Assembly (NCBI GenBank): GCA_002439755.1 | Contig: DJPH01000014.1 | Location: 18,577 to 82,576, forward strand | Direction: 5' to 3' | DNA from: Prevotellaceae bacterium UBA6417 | GTDB lineage: Bacteria > Bacteroidota > Bacteroidia > Bacteroidales > Bacteroidaceae | DNA: 64,000 nucleotides | Shown here: positions 21,029 through 30,667 of the stretch, one piece after another | Layout of the letters: each line of letters begins with the position of its first letter | Position numbering within the stretch: position 1 is the stretch's first letter | Notes under the pieces: generated by a model | Told to the model about the DNA's origin: nothing | Databases searched by the model: none | Seen by the model: only the letters and a program-made list of their open reading frames with translations | Made by a program: the position numbers and the translations under genes

Positions 21029-22813
21029 ATGGAAAAAAATGGAACATATAAAAAACTGATACTTCCCTGCTGCATTGCTTTGACGGGGCTCTTTTCCTCA
21101 TGCAGCATGTTTGACGATTTCTTGACGGTTTATCCGACCAATCAAATCACAGGCGAGCAGTTTTGGGAAGATAAAAATGACTTGACCAGTGTGCTGGCAT
21201 CTTGCTATAAGCAGTTTACCGAAACGGATGTCACACGCAGATTGTTTGTATGGGGTGAATTGCGCTCGGATAATTTTATCCTGAAGAAGGAGGATAATGA
21301 AGATATCAAAAACATAGTGAATGCCAACCTGCTTCCAACCAATGGCTGGTATGATTGGTCTACTTTCTATTCCGGTATAGGTTATTGCAATTTGGTACTG
21401 TCCAAGGGTGAAGAGGTTATTGCCCGTGACCCGAGTTTTACTGAAAGCGATTGGAAACCTATAGCAGCCGAGTGCAAAGCGCTGCGTGCATTGTATTACT
21501 TCTACTTGGTACGTGCTTTCCGTGATGTGCCGTTCAATGTGAAGTCTACTGACGTCAGTGAGGGAGCTCGTGATCCGATGCCTCAGGTACATTCTCAGGA
21601 AATCCTAACCTACTTAATCAATGATTTGGAAGGTTGTAAGGATGACGGTATGTTGGATTATGGTTCGGACGTTTTCAATACCAGCCGCATTACAAAGAAT
21701 GCCATCTATACAATTTTAGCTGATTTGTATTTGTGGAGAGCATGTAAGAATGCCAGTCCTGATTCTGCCGCCGTTTATCCCGGCCAGTCTCAGTCAGACT
21801 ATGCAAAAGTGGTGGAGTATTGCGATTATGTGTTGAAAGACAAGTTGCATGAATTCCAAAAGGAACGTGTAAGTTATTATGGTTCGCGAGATGCAACCAA
21901 GATGCCATTGCCGTTGTATGTTCCTCAAACAACGGGGCGAGTTTCCGACATTCCTTATCGAAATCTCTTTGGCAACAAAGGCTCTCTTGAGAGTATCTTT
22001 GAGATAGCATTTGACGGAACTTCAACTAAAAACGAGCTGGTCACTTATTTTTATGGTGGTGTTAAGGATGGAAATGTTGAAGTAGGCTATGTCGGTGGCT
22101 CTAACATAACACAGACATTAGACCTTAAGCCCGATGGTGGTAAGAACATCTATTGCCAAACAGATATGCGTGCTGTTGAAAACCTGATGTATGACGGCGG
22201 TTCTACAAGTGCTCAAACATTCCAGGTCATCAAATATATTGCCAGTGATGTGGAGGTTGTTGATGGAACCAATGTTCGCAAGTCTGCTGATAACTCTTCT
22301 AATAATGTAAGTTACTCAGGACGTAGATCGATTAACTCCATGGATGCTAACTGGATTCTCTATAGAGTTTCAGATGTTATCTTAATGAAAGCTGAAGCGA
22401 TGGCTTGCCTCGCTGAAGAAGGATCTCCCGAATTGGAAGAAGCATTTAACTTAGCATATGCGGTATTGGATCGTTCAAATCCCATGATTGAAACAAAGAA
22501 CAAGTTGAAATATTCCTCTTATGGTTCAGCAAGCTTAGTATTGGACTTTATTATGAGGGAGCGTCAACGTGAATTTTTTGCTGAAGGTAAGCGTTGGTTC
22601 GATTTGGTTCGCATGGCATTGCGTGACAATTCAACGCAAAAGATGTTGAATTTGTTAACTGCCAAGTATGCAACCAACGCAAGTGCCATTAAGGCAAAGC
22701 TGGCAACTCTTAATTCGCTCTTCAGTCCTGTGCTGAAGGATGAAATCAAGGTCAATCCTGCTTTGGTTCAAAATCCTGCTTGGGTAGTTGATGAAACGAT
22801 AGAGAGACACTAA
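21029..22813 (+). CDS. SusD/RagB-family nutrient-binding lipoprotein (module 1)
   Basis: Lipobox (LFSSC), a TPR-like helical SusD pattern (ALRALYYFYLVRAFRDVPF; RERQREFFAEGKRWFDLVR) and a position immediately after SusC. Confidence 0.85.
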   Translation: MEKNGTYKKLILPCCIALTGLFSSCSMFDDFLTVYPTNQITGEQFWEDKNDLTSVLASCYKQFTETDVTRRLFVWGELRSDNFILKKEDNEDIKNIVNANLLPTNGWYDWSTFYSGIGYCNLVLSKGEEVIARDPSFTESDWKPIAAECKALRALYYFYLVRAFRDVPFNVKSTDVSEGARDPMPQVHSQEILTYLINDLEGCKDDGMLDYGSDVFNTSRITKNAIYTILADLYLWRACKNASPDSAAVYPGQSQSDYAKVVEYCDYVLKDKLHEFQKERVSYYGSRDATKMPLPLYVPQTTGRVSDIPYRNLFGNKGSLESIFEIAFDGTSTKNELVTYFYGGVKDGNVEVGYVGGSNITQTLDLKPDGGKNIYCQTDMRAVENLMYDGGSTSAQTFQVIKYIASDVEVVDGTNVRKSADNSSNNVSYSGRRSINSMDANWILYRVSDVILMKAEAMACLAEEGSPELEEAFNLAYAVLDRSNPMIETKNKLKYSSYGSASLVLDFIMRERQREFFAEGKRWFDLVRMALRDNSTQKMLNLLTAKYATNASAIKAKLATLNSLFSPVLKDEIKVNPALVQNPAWVVDETIERH

Positions 22814-22822
22814 AATGAAACG

Positions 22823-22881
22823 TTCGGAATCAATGTCTATATTTTGTCGCATCCTGACCAATGGTGGATGTTGATTCCGAA
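22823..22881 (+). promoter_or_regulatory. inter-module stem-loop (perfect 11-bp stem, 37-nt loop)
   Basis: TTCGGAATCAA (22823-22833) pairs with TTGATTCCGAA (22871-22881). It lies in the 106-nt gap between SusD-1 and the second FAS1 gene. Confidence 0.35.
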
Positions 22882-22919
22882 TACATTTTGCCATAACGGA
22901 AAATTAAAATTAAAGATAT

Positions 22920-24656
22920 ATGAAAAGAATATATAACAAATGGCTCAAAGGTGGATTGCTGGGCTTGCTTGCCGTTTTTGCCTTCGCTTCTTGTTCTGAT
23001 GACCATTTTGATTTGAATACAAGCAATGCTTCCGGAACCTTGTGGGAGAATCTCGTGGCTACGCCAGGAACTGCGAACTTTGCTAAGATATTGGAAAAAA
23101 CCATTGTTAATAAGAAGTCGTATGGCGTTCCCGCTACGATATCTTATAAGGACTTGCTTAACTCATCGCGTGTTTTTACCGTTTGGGCTCCAAAAGATGG
23201 GACTTATGATGAGGAAAAGTGGTTAAAACTTTTGGAAGAGGGTAAGAATGAGCTTGTGGAGAAGCAATTCGTGCGTAACCACATAGCATGTTTTAACTAT
23301 AACGGTGCTTATGCTACATCTGAGAAATTGCAGCTATACAACCAAAAATATGCTGTGTATGATGCAGCAAACAACAAATTCATGGGAGTAGACATCTCTG
23401 ATGGCGAGTATAAAAACATAGCCTCAGTCAATGGTACGCTACATCTGTTGGAAGGTGAAGCTCCTTATTCGCCCAGTTTGCGTGAACTGATTGAGATTAC
23501 TCCCGAAACATCTGATTTGTGTCAGTACATATTGGACAAGGATACACTTGAGTTCAGAGAAAGTTGGAGTACTCCGGGCTCTACAGTTAATGGTCAAATT
23601 CAGTATGTGGATTCCTATTTTGTTGAAAGCAACAAGATTCTTCCATATGTTGCAATGAATGAAGACTCCCTTTCTGCCGCTATTATTCCTTCGAATACAG
23701 CGTGGCAGGAAGCAATTGACAAGATTTCGCCATTTTATAACTACAAGGAAACGTATGTTTACTATGATGACGATGCTGCAAAATACGTGACTGATACTAT
23801 CAAGGCCGACTCATTGCAGGAGCTTTATACGAAAGAAGTAATCTTTGATAACATGTTCTACAGCCTCCGTGAACAGAGAGGGTTTGATTACACGACTGCA
23901 GATGTGAATACTGTAAAGAATTTCTTTGAGACAGCCGACTCGTTGGTTTCTACTGCTTACTACTATAGTTCCAGAACCGGCCATCAGCATGCGCCTGACT
24001 GCCGTGTCTTGACAGAAGGAAAGACTCCACTTAAGGGTAGTAACGGTTATGCGTTCATAACAGATCATTTCAATTTCAAAGCCAACAAGGCTTGGCAGTA
24101 TGATATAATAGTCGAGGCCGAGTACACCAGCTATTATAACCAACGCCTGAGTAAATATTATTTGCCCGAAGGTGGATTGGTATATCACAGCGTTACTGAT
24201 GGCAATCGTAATGATTCAGTAAAGGGACGTGTACGAAACAATGCTTACATTGAGTATGTTCCTGTCAATGCATCTTCCAAGCAGACAGTTGCATACGATT
24301 TGCCATCGGTATTGTCAGGTACATATGATATTTATGTAGTGATAGTCCCCGAAAATATGACGGATCCTTCCAATAAGAATCCAAAATGCAATCAGTTTAA
24401 TGCAACATTGCAGTATGACTTGGATTCAAAGGGAAAGGCATCGACCATCAAGTCGGATAAGACGTTCAAGTCGGATCCATCTAAGGTTGATACGATTCTC
24501 CTCTTTGAGAATTTCAAGTTCCCTTATTGCTATGACCATATCCGCAATTCTTACCCGGTATTGTCTTTGCAGGTAGTTCGCTCTGTTGCTGAGTTCAAGA
24601 CAGTGACAACAACCATGTATATTGACTGTTTCATCCTTAAAGGTAAGGACGAGTAG
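22920..24656 (+). CDS. FAS1 (fasciclin) domain lipoprotein (module 2)
   Basis: Lipobox (AFASC) and FAS1 signatures (RVFTVWAPKDGTY...VNGTLHLLEG; AAIIPSNTAWQEAI). Confidence 0.55.
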   Translation: MKRIYNKWLKGGLLGLLAVFAFASCSDDHFDLNTSNASGTLWENLVATPGTANFAKILEKTIVNKKSYGVPATISYKDLLNSSRVFTVWAPKDGTYDEEKWLKLLEEGKNELVEKQFVRNHIACFNYNGAYATSEKLQLYNQKYAVYDAANNKFMGVDISDGEYKNIASVNGTLHLLEGEAPYSPSLRELIEITPETSDLCQYILDKDTLEFRESWSTPGSTVNGQIQYVDSYFVESNKILPYVAMNEDSLSAAIIPSNTAWQEAIDKISPFYNYKETYVYYDDDAAKYVTDTIKADSLQELYTKEVIFDNMFYSLREQRGFDYTTADVNTVKNFFETADSLVSTAYYYSSRTGHQHAPDCRVLTEGKTPLKGSNGYAFITDHFNFKANKAWQYDIIVEAEYTSYYNQRLSKYYLPEGGLVYHSVTDGNRNDSVKGRVRNNAYIEYVPVNASSKQTVAYDLPSVLSGTYDIYVVIVPENMTDPSNKNPKCNQFNATLQYDLDSKGKASTIKSDKTFKSDPSKVDTILLFENFKFPYCYDHIRNSYPVLSLQVVRSVAEFKTVTTTMYIDCFILKGKDE

Positions 24657-24682
24657 TACGTGTTAATTTAAAATATACGACA

Positions 24683-27600
24683 ATGAAAGATATAAGAAGA
24701 AATTATTATTTGAGAAGGGCCTTCGGTATTGGTTTCGGCCTCATCTTCTTGACCGGAATTTCTCCTATGTATGCTCAAGACATCGAAGATGGTGATGAGG
24801 CAGAGGAGGAAGTAACGGAGCAAGTTGCCAAAAAACGCCCTTTGCCTGCCGGTCCTACTTATCAGATGAAAGAGATTTCCGGACAAATTTTTGATGCCGC
24901 TACTCGCAAGCCGCTTGCCGGTGTCCAGGTTCAGGCATTGAATGATATCCGTTATACAGCGATGACGGAAGAGGATGGGCGCTATAAGATATCTGTGCCT
25001 GTATTTGTTACTGCCTTGTATGTTGCTACACCCGAATACAATCCTGTTCAAGTGGCAATAAAGGATGGTCCGATTAATGTGAATTTATACAGTTCTGTTT
25101 TCAAATCGTTCTTCAAGAATGGTACGGAAGTCTTTAGGTCACAATCTGCAGCAACTGAAAATTCGTCAGCCTTAACTGTGGAGCAAGACATCGAAGGCCA
25201 GCTGAATGGAACAGTACGGACCATGTCGCGCGGTGGCCTGCCGGCACAAGGTGCTGCCATGTTCATCAATGGTTTCAATTCGCTCAATGCAACCGCTCAG
25301 CCTTTGGTCGTAGTCGACGGTGTCATATGGGACATGCAGTATGACCGCAGTGCTATTCATGCAGGTTTCATCAATAATGTCTTTGCATCTTTGGACCCTG
25401 AAGATGTGGAAAGTGTTCGTGTTCTTGATACGGGAACAGCTCTCTACGGTGCCAAGGGCGCAAATGGTGTCATTGAAATAACCACAAAGCGTGGCCGTAA
25501 CCGTGCAACAAGAATCGGTGTTCGCATTTATGGTGGAGTTGAAACTACGCCCAAGACATTGGATGTAATGAGCGGTAATCAGTATAGAAGCTATCTTACT
25601 GAGATTTTAGGCACATATGTTCCTTCCAATCCCAGTGATCGCTTGACATACTTGCAGCTGATTTCCAGCCGTCCTTTCATGAACGAAGATCCTAATTATA
25701 CGTTCTATGACATCTATCATAACAATGAAAACTGGCAGAAAGATCTTTATCACACTGCCGTAACTCAGAATTACCGAGTTAATGTGCAAGGTGGTGATGA
25801 GATAGCCATGTATGCGTTGTCATTAGGTTACACAAGTTCTGATGCAACAGCAAAGGATAACGATTTCAACCGTTTGAATATCCGTTTCAATACTGACATC
25901 AATATGACGGATCGTCTGTCAACAGCCTTTGACATCTCTTATTCGCGGTCGGCTTATAATATGCGTGACAATGGTTGGGCTGAGGATTATTCGAAGTCAA
26001 ACATCGCATCTCCTAATGTGTTAGGACTTATTAATGCTCCGATGATAAGCAAGTATGCATACTATGTGTATTGGGATGAAGCTCAGCAGAGAAACCTCTT
26101 GACTCCTGCCAGCAATATTTATGCCGGTAAGAATTATACCGATAGCAACAACCCGTTCCGTTTCGGTGAAGATTATGGTACTGCAGCTTTGGCCAATCCG
26201 TATTGGATACTTGAGAACGGTCAGGGTGACAATAAGAACTATGAAGAGCAGACACAGTTCACTTTGAACTTCAATCCCAAGTTCCAGTTGAACTCTTGGC
26301 TGACGATAGGAGATCGTTTCAGTTATGTCATGAACCGTACTTCTGAGCTCTATTATATGCCTAACAATGGTACCCCGCAGAAATTTGTTGATGGCTTAGG
26401 CGCTGTAACAAGTGCTGTAAGGTCTCAATTCGCTGATGAAAGTGCCATTGCAAATAACTTCTATTTGCATGCTGACAAGCATATGGGTGAGCATACGTTG
26501 TCTGCAACTGCAGGATTCCGTTTCAACACGTTTAACTTCTCGAACAGTTACACCAACGGTTACAATAACTCTAATGACAAGATGCCTAATTTGTCCTATT
26601 CTTTGCAGTATCTTACATATGGAGGTACCAATGACACTTGGACCAATCTTGCCTACTACCTGGATGCTCACTACAATTATCTGAACCGCTACTTCCTCGA
26701 TGCAACTGTAACTGCTGAGGCATCATCCCGTTTCGGCAAGAATACCAAGGAAGGAGTCAAATTGTTCGGTGTGAAGTGGGCTACATTCCCGTCGATACGT
26801 GCAGCGTGGCTGATATCATCTGAGCCATGGTTCAACTTCAAGCCGGTAAATTATCTGAAGTTATCTGCCGGTTATGAAGAGTCAGGTAACGACAATATCG
26901 ATTACTACGCAAGTCGTACATATTTCTCGAATGAAAAATTCCTGAATACTTCGACAGCTTTGACTCTTGCCAATATTGCCAATTCCGAAATACAGTGGGA
27001 GACGACCCGCCGCCTCAATGCAGGTTTGGAAACGAGCTTGTTGGACAATCGCTTGAACTTGGGAGTCAACTTCTTTTGGAGCAAGACATCCAATTTGTTG
27101 ACCTTGCAGAATCTGAACTATCTGACCGGTCTTCCTTCCATGTGGTCTAACAATGGTGCATTGAAGAATACCGGAGCCAGTGTAAACATCAGTGGAATAG
27201 TTGTCAATTCGAAGAATTTCACTTGGGAACTTGGTTTCAGTGTAGGCCACTATAAGAATGAAATCACCGAGCTTCCCGACAATGACCTTATGAAGCTGTA
27301 CAATCTGAATGAAGATGGCAGCAAGGGTGACATCTATAAGACATTCCAGGGTTATACGTCTTCCATTTATGGAACAAACAATATCCTGACCAGTGTCGGC
27401 AATGCCGCAGGTGTTTTCTACGGATATCAGACCAAGGGCGTTTTTGCTGACGAAGCAGAAGCATCAACAGCCGGTAAGTTCGGATATTTGAGATATCCAA
27501 CCGGTTACGTAGGAGACTCCTATCGTAATTTCAAGGCCGGTGATGTTCATTTTGTAGATCAGAATGGCGATGGTTGGATTTCAGAAGCCGATATGGTCAA

Positions 27601-28117
27601 GATAGGCGATCCTAATCCTGATGTATATGGCAATATATTCACGAGCTTTGGCTTCTTGAAGAATTTCAAGCTTGATGTCATTTTCAAATATTCTTTGGGT
27701 AATGACATCTATAACTACCAGGCTTCCCAACTGGAGCAATCCAGCAATCTGTGGAATCAGACAACGGCTGTTCTCAACCGTTGGACACACAATGGGCAAG
27801 TAACCGACATGCCTCGTGCTGTGCTTACGTCAAGTACTGAGTGGGTCAACAACGAACGGTTCTCAGACCGTTGGATTGAAGATGGCTCTTTCCTTAAGTT
27901 GAAGAAAGTACGTTTGACATACAAATTACCTCTATCACTCTCTTGGTTGCAAGGATTTACTGTTTGGGGTGAAGCAAACAACCTGTTCACCCTCACCAAA
28001 TACAGAGGTCTGGATCCCGAGGTTTCTTGTGGTAACGGTGTATTATATCAGGGTATAGATTCAGGAATGTTGCCTCAGTCCCGTTCTTTCAACTTTGGTG
28101 TAACTATTAACTTGTAA
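24683..28117 (+). CDS. SusC/RagA-family TonB-dependent transporter (module 2)
   Basis: 1,144 aa with a carboxypeptidase-regulatory-like domain, a plug (GANGVIEITTKRG) and a barrel with a C-terminal L. SusD follows after a 12-nt gap. Confidence 0.9.
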   Translation: MKDIRRNYYLRRAFGIGFGLIFLTGISPMYAQDIEDGDEAEEEVTEQVAKKRPLPAGPTYQMKEISGQIFDAATRKPLAGVQVQALNDIRYTAMTEEDGRYKISVPVFVTALYVATPEYNPVQVAIKDGPINVNLYSSVFKSFFKNGTEVFRSQSAATENSSALTVEQDIEGQLNGTVRTMSRGGLPAQGAAMFINGFNSLNATAQPLVVVDGVIWDMQYDRSAIHAGFINNVFASLDPEDVESVRVLDTGTALYGAKGANGVIEITTKRGRNRATRIGVRIYGGVETTPKTLDVMSGNQYRSYLTEILGTYVPSNPSDRLTYLQLISSRPFMNEDPNYTFYDIYHNNENWQKDLYHTAVTQNYRVNVQGGDEIAMYALSLGYTSSDATAKDNDFNRLNIRFNTDINMTDRLSTAFDISYSRSAYNMRDNGWAEDYSKSNIASPNVLGLINAPMISKYAYYVYWDEAQQRNLLTPASNIYAGKNYTDSNNPFRFGEDYGTAALANPYWILENGQGDNKNYEEQTQFTLNFNPKFQLNSWLTIGDRFSYVMNRTSELYYMPNNGTPQKFVDGLGAVTSAVRSQFADESAIANNFYLHADKHMGEHTLSATAGFRFNTFNFSNSYTNGYNNSNDKMPNLSYSLQYLTYGGTNDTWTNLAYYLDAHYNYLNRYFLDATVTAEASSRFGKNTKEGVKLFGVKWATFPSIRAAWLISSEPWFNFKPVNYLKLSAGYEESGNDNIDYYASRTYFSNEKFLNTSTALTLANIANSEIQWETTRRLNAGLETSLLDNRLNLGVNFFWSKTSNLLTLQNLNYLTGLPSMWSNNGALKNTGASVNISGIVVNSKNFTWELGFSVGHYKNEITELPDNDLMKLYNLNEDGSKGDIYKTFQGYTSSIYGTNNILTSVGNAAGVFYGYQTKGVFADEAEASTAGKFGYLRYPTGYVGDSYRNFKAGDVHFVDQNGDGWISEADMVKIGDPNPDVYGNIFTSFGFLKNFKLDVIFKYSLGNDIYNYQASQLEQSSNLWNQTTAVLNRWTHNGQVTDMPRAVLTSSTEWVNNERFSDRWIEDGSFLKLKKVRLTYKLPLSLSWLQGFTVWGEANNLFTLTKYRGLDPEVSCGNGVLYQGIDSGMLPQSRSFNFGVTINL

Positions 28118-28129
28118 AAATGCGAAACA

Positions 28130-30388
28130 ATGAAAAATAGATCGTTTATATCAATATTCGCCATTCTGTTTGCGGTCACTTTCACGGCTTCATCTTGCGA
28201 TGACATGCTGACGCCTGAACTGAAACGTTATAGTGAAAACTATGCTCAAGACTCGGTTTATTCTGCTTTCGGTATATTGAAGAGTCTTCAGAATGTTGGT
28301 TCACGTTCAGTCTTGCTTGATGCAGCGCGCAGCGACCTTTCCACGACGGGCATCTATACCTCTGATTCCATCAAGAGTATAGCTGATTTTGAGAATCCCG
28401 AAGATGGTGACAATAAGTTGCTCAATGCTGCCGATTATTACCATATTATCAACTCCTGCAACTTCTATATGGCGCGCGTCGACACTTTGCTTGAAAAGAA
28501 CGGTGTGCCTGAGATGAAGCGAGAGTATGCACAGATTCAGGCCATCCGTGCCTGGACATATTTGCAGCTTGTGCGTTTCTATGGAAGCGTACCGTTCATC
28601 ACCGAACCAGTAGCCACTACCGAGCAGGCCACTTATTTGGAAAAGAATGCACCTCGTGTCAACAAGACCAATCTTGCAGATATGCTTCTTGAGGCCGGTC
28701 TGTACCGTGCATACGAGTTGCAGAAGCAGTATGGCATGCCCAATTATGGTGAAATAAACAATGGTTACAGCCGTTATACTACTTTGCGCATGTTCGTGCC
28801 TATCCAGTTGGTGCTGGGCGATGCCTACCTGATGCAGAATCAGTATCAGAAGGCTGCAGAGACTTATTATGATTATCTGACTGATACCAAGATTGGTTCT
28901 CCAAATGACAGGAATGAAGTATTCAAGGTGGGTTATGAGACGAATTATCGTGACGGACAAATCGCCGGTTATACTTTGAGATCCAATGATTGGGCAGAAT
29001 GCATGAAATTCAATACGGATGAGCAGCTTTTCGTAACAATTGGCGCTGCCAATTCCACCATGGGTAAGATGCTGACTGACGTAGCTCAGACGTTCGGCTT
29101 CAAGACTTCTTCAACTGTGAGCGGCTCTTCGGGTTCTGTATCAGTAGAGCCCAACGAGAGCTACCAGCAGATACTTCCGTCGAAGAATTACTTGTCGTTG
29201 AACGAGCAGCAACATTATTGCAAATGGGAGTCGCAGAACGGTGTAGAAACAATCATTTATTTCGATGATTTGGCAGATGGCCGCTTGTATGGCACTGCAC
29301 CCGAATATGAGTTCACACGTGGTGAGAAATCACGCATCATCGACAAGTATGCGATTGGTTCGATGCTTTATTCCTCTACGTCTTGGGGTGCTTCGTCCAA
29401 TTTCTTCAGCATGCAGTATCATATCACGTTGTATCGTAAGGCCTTGCTTTATTTGCGATTCGCAGAAGCCATCAACCGTATGGGCTTCCCGCAGATAGCT
29501 TTCGGTGTATTGAAAGACGGCCTTTGGCGTCAGACTTTCCCGACATTGGACTATAAGACCATCGATGGTAACAAGTATTATATCAACAAGAAAGACACTT
29601 TGGGCATATTCCTGCCCAAGAAGGATGAGGCCGGCAATGTCATCGTAGACTCCTTAGGTGTGGCTGTTCTCGATACATGTCTGTTTGCCGACGGTTATGC
29701 TGCCGACACAACTTTGATACAGAGGAATGTTCCCTATCTTTCTTCAGAGCCTAAGGCTTATGCCGGCGGTATGTATTACGTGACACTCGATGAGATGGTG
29801 CGTGCCGAGAAGTACAAGTTCCTCTCTGAGTTCTGGACCAAGGACCTGTGGAATAATCAGGAGTTGGAGAGTGGTAATTTCCGTGCCGGTATTCATTCGC
29901 GCGGCTGTGGCAACACGGGTGGTCATCAGGATACGGTTTACACTTATGCCAAGATGGTTGCCAAGAAAGTTGCTGCCAACCGTGCCCGTCTGAACGGCCT
30001 GCCTTATCAGTCGCAGGTTGAGTTGGAAAACAGATTGCATATAGGCGACATGCTGTTGACTGAATCGGCTGTGCTGCCCGACTCAGTTGCCGCTCAGTAT
30101 GCTGATGTCACAAGAATCACAGATGATGAGATTATCAATGCTGTAGAAGACCTTATTATTGACGAGTGCGCCCTTGAAACAGCGTTTGAAGGTCACCGTT
30201 TCACTGACTTGCTGCGTTTTGCCGACCACAAGACCGATGCGGGCATGAATGGTAACGACTGGTTTGCATGGAAAATGGCTCGCCGCAACAATTCTGCAAC
30301 AGACGATGCCTCTATGTACGATGCAGGCATTTATGCCAAGATGCAGGACGACACCTATAAGTTCTTCCAATTACCGAAGAAAAAATAA
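28130..30388 (+). CDS. SusD/RagB-family lipoprotein (module 2, long form, 752 aa)
   Basis: Lipobox (TASSC) and SusD-like helices (QAIRAWTYLQLVRFYGSVPF; ECALETAFEGHRFTDLLRFA). It is adjacent to SusC-2. Confidence 0.8.
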   Translation: MKNRSFISIFAILFAVTFTASSCDDMLTPELKRYSENYAQDSVYSAFGILKSLQNVGSRSVLLDAARSDLSTTGIYTSDSIKSIADFENPEDGDNKLLNAADYYHIINSCNFYMARVDTLLEKNGVPEMKREYAQIQAIRAWTYLQLVRFYGSVPFITEPVATTEQATYLEKNAPRVNKTNLADMLLEAGLYRAYELQKQYGMPNYGEINNGYSRYTTLRMFVPIQLVLGDAYLMQNQYQKAAETYYDYLTDTKIGSPNDRNEVFKVGYETNYRDGQIAGYTLRSNDWAECMKFNTDEQLFVTIGAANSTMGKMLTDVAQTFGFKTSSTVSGSSGSVSVEPNESYQQILPSKNYLSLNEQQHYCKWESQNGVETIIYFDDLADGRLYGTAPEYEFTRGEKSRIIDKYAIGSMLYSSTSWGASSNFFSMQYHITLYRKALLYLRFAEAINRMGFPQIAFGVLKDGLWRQTFPTLDYKTIDGNKYYINKKDTLGIFLPKKDEAGNVIVDSLGVAVLDTCLFADGYAADTTLIQRNVPYLSSEPKAYAGGMYYVTLDEMVRAEKYKFLSEFWTKDLWNNQELESGNFRAGIHSRGCGNTGGHQDTVYTYAKMVAKKVAANRARLNGLPYQSQVELENRLHIGDMLLTESAVLPDSVAAQYADVTRITDDEIINAVEDLIIDECALETAFEGHRFTDLLRFADHKTDAGMNGNDWFAWKMARRNNSATDDASMYDAGIYAKMQDDTYKFFQLPKKK

Positions 30389-30413
30389 GAAAGTTCTTTT
30401 TCATATCATTTGA

Positions 30414-30445
30414 CCCGGGCAAAACTTGCCCGGGTTTTTATTTGG
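30414..30445 (+). terminator. rho-independent terminator closing the SusC/D operon
   Basis: 9-bp stem CCCGGGCAA/TTGCCCGGG with a 3-nt loop, followed by TTTTTATTT. Confidence 0.8.
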
Positions 30446-30519
30446 TTTGTAAGTAAGCAGTTACCGGTTCAATGTGATTCTTTCATTTAGCATACTTGCA
30501 GAGTATACGGTTCGTGCTT

Positions 30520-30667
30520 GCGATGTGTACAGATCGCAGGGTGCGATGTGCCGCATTGCAGGGTGCGATGTGTACAGATCGTTGTATGCGATGTGTATAG
30601 ATCGCAGGGTGCAATGTGCCGCATTGTAGGGTGCGATGTGTACAGATCGCACGGTCTGATGTGCCAT
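30520..30667. repeat. intergenic array C: 6.5 tandem 22-23 bp units (68-bp higher-order duplication)
   Basis: The units begin GCGATGTGTACAGATCGCAGGGT / GCGATGTGCCGCATTGCAGGGT. Block 30520-30587 is nearly repeated by 30588-30655. Confidence 0.9.
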
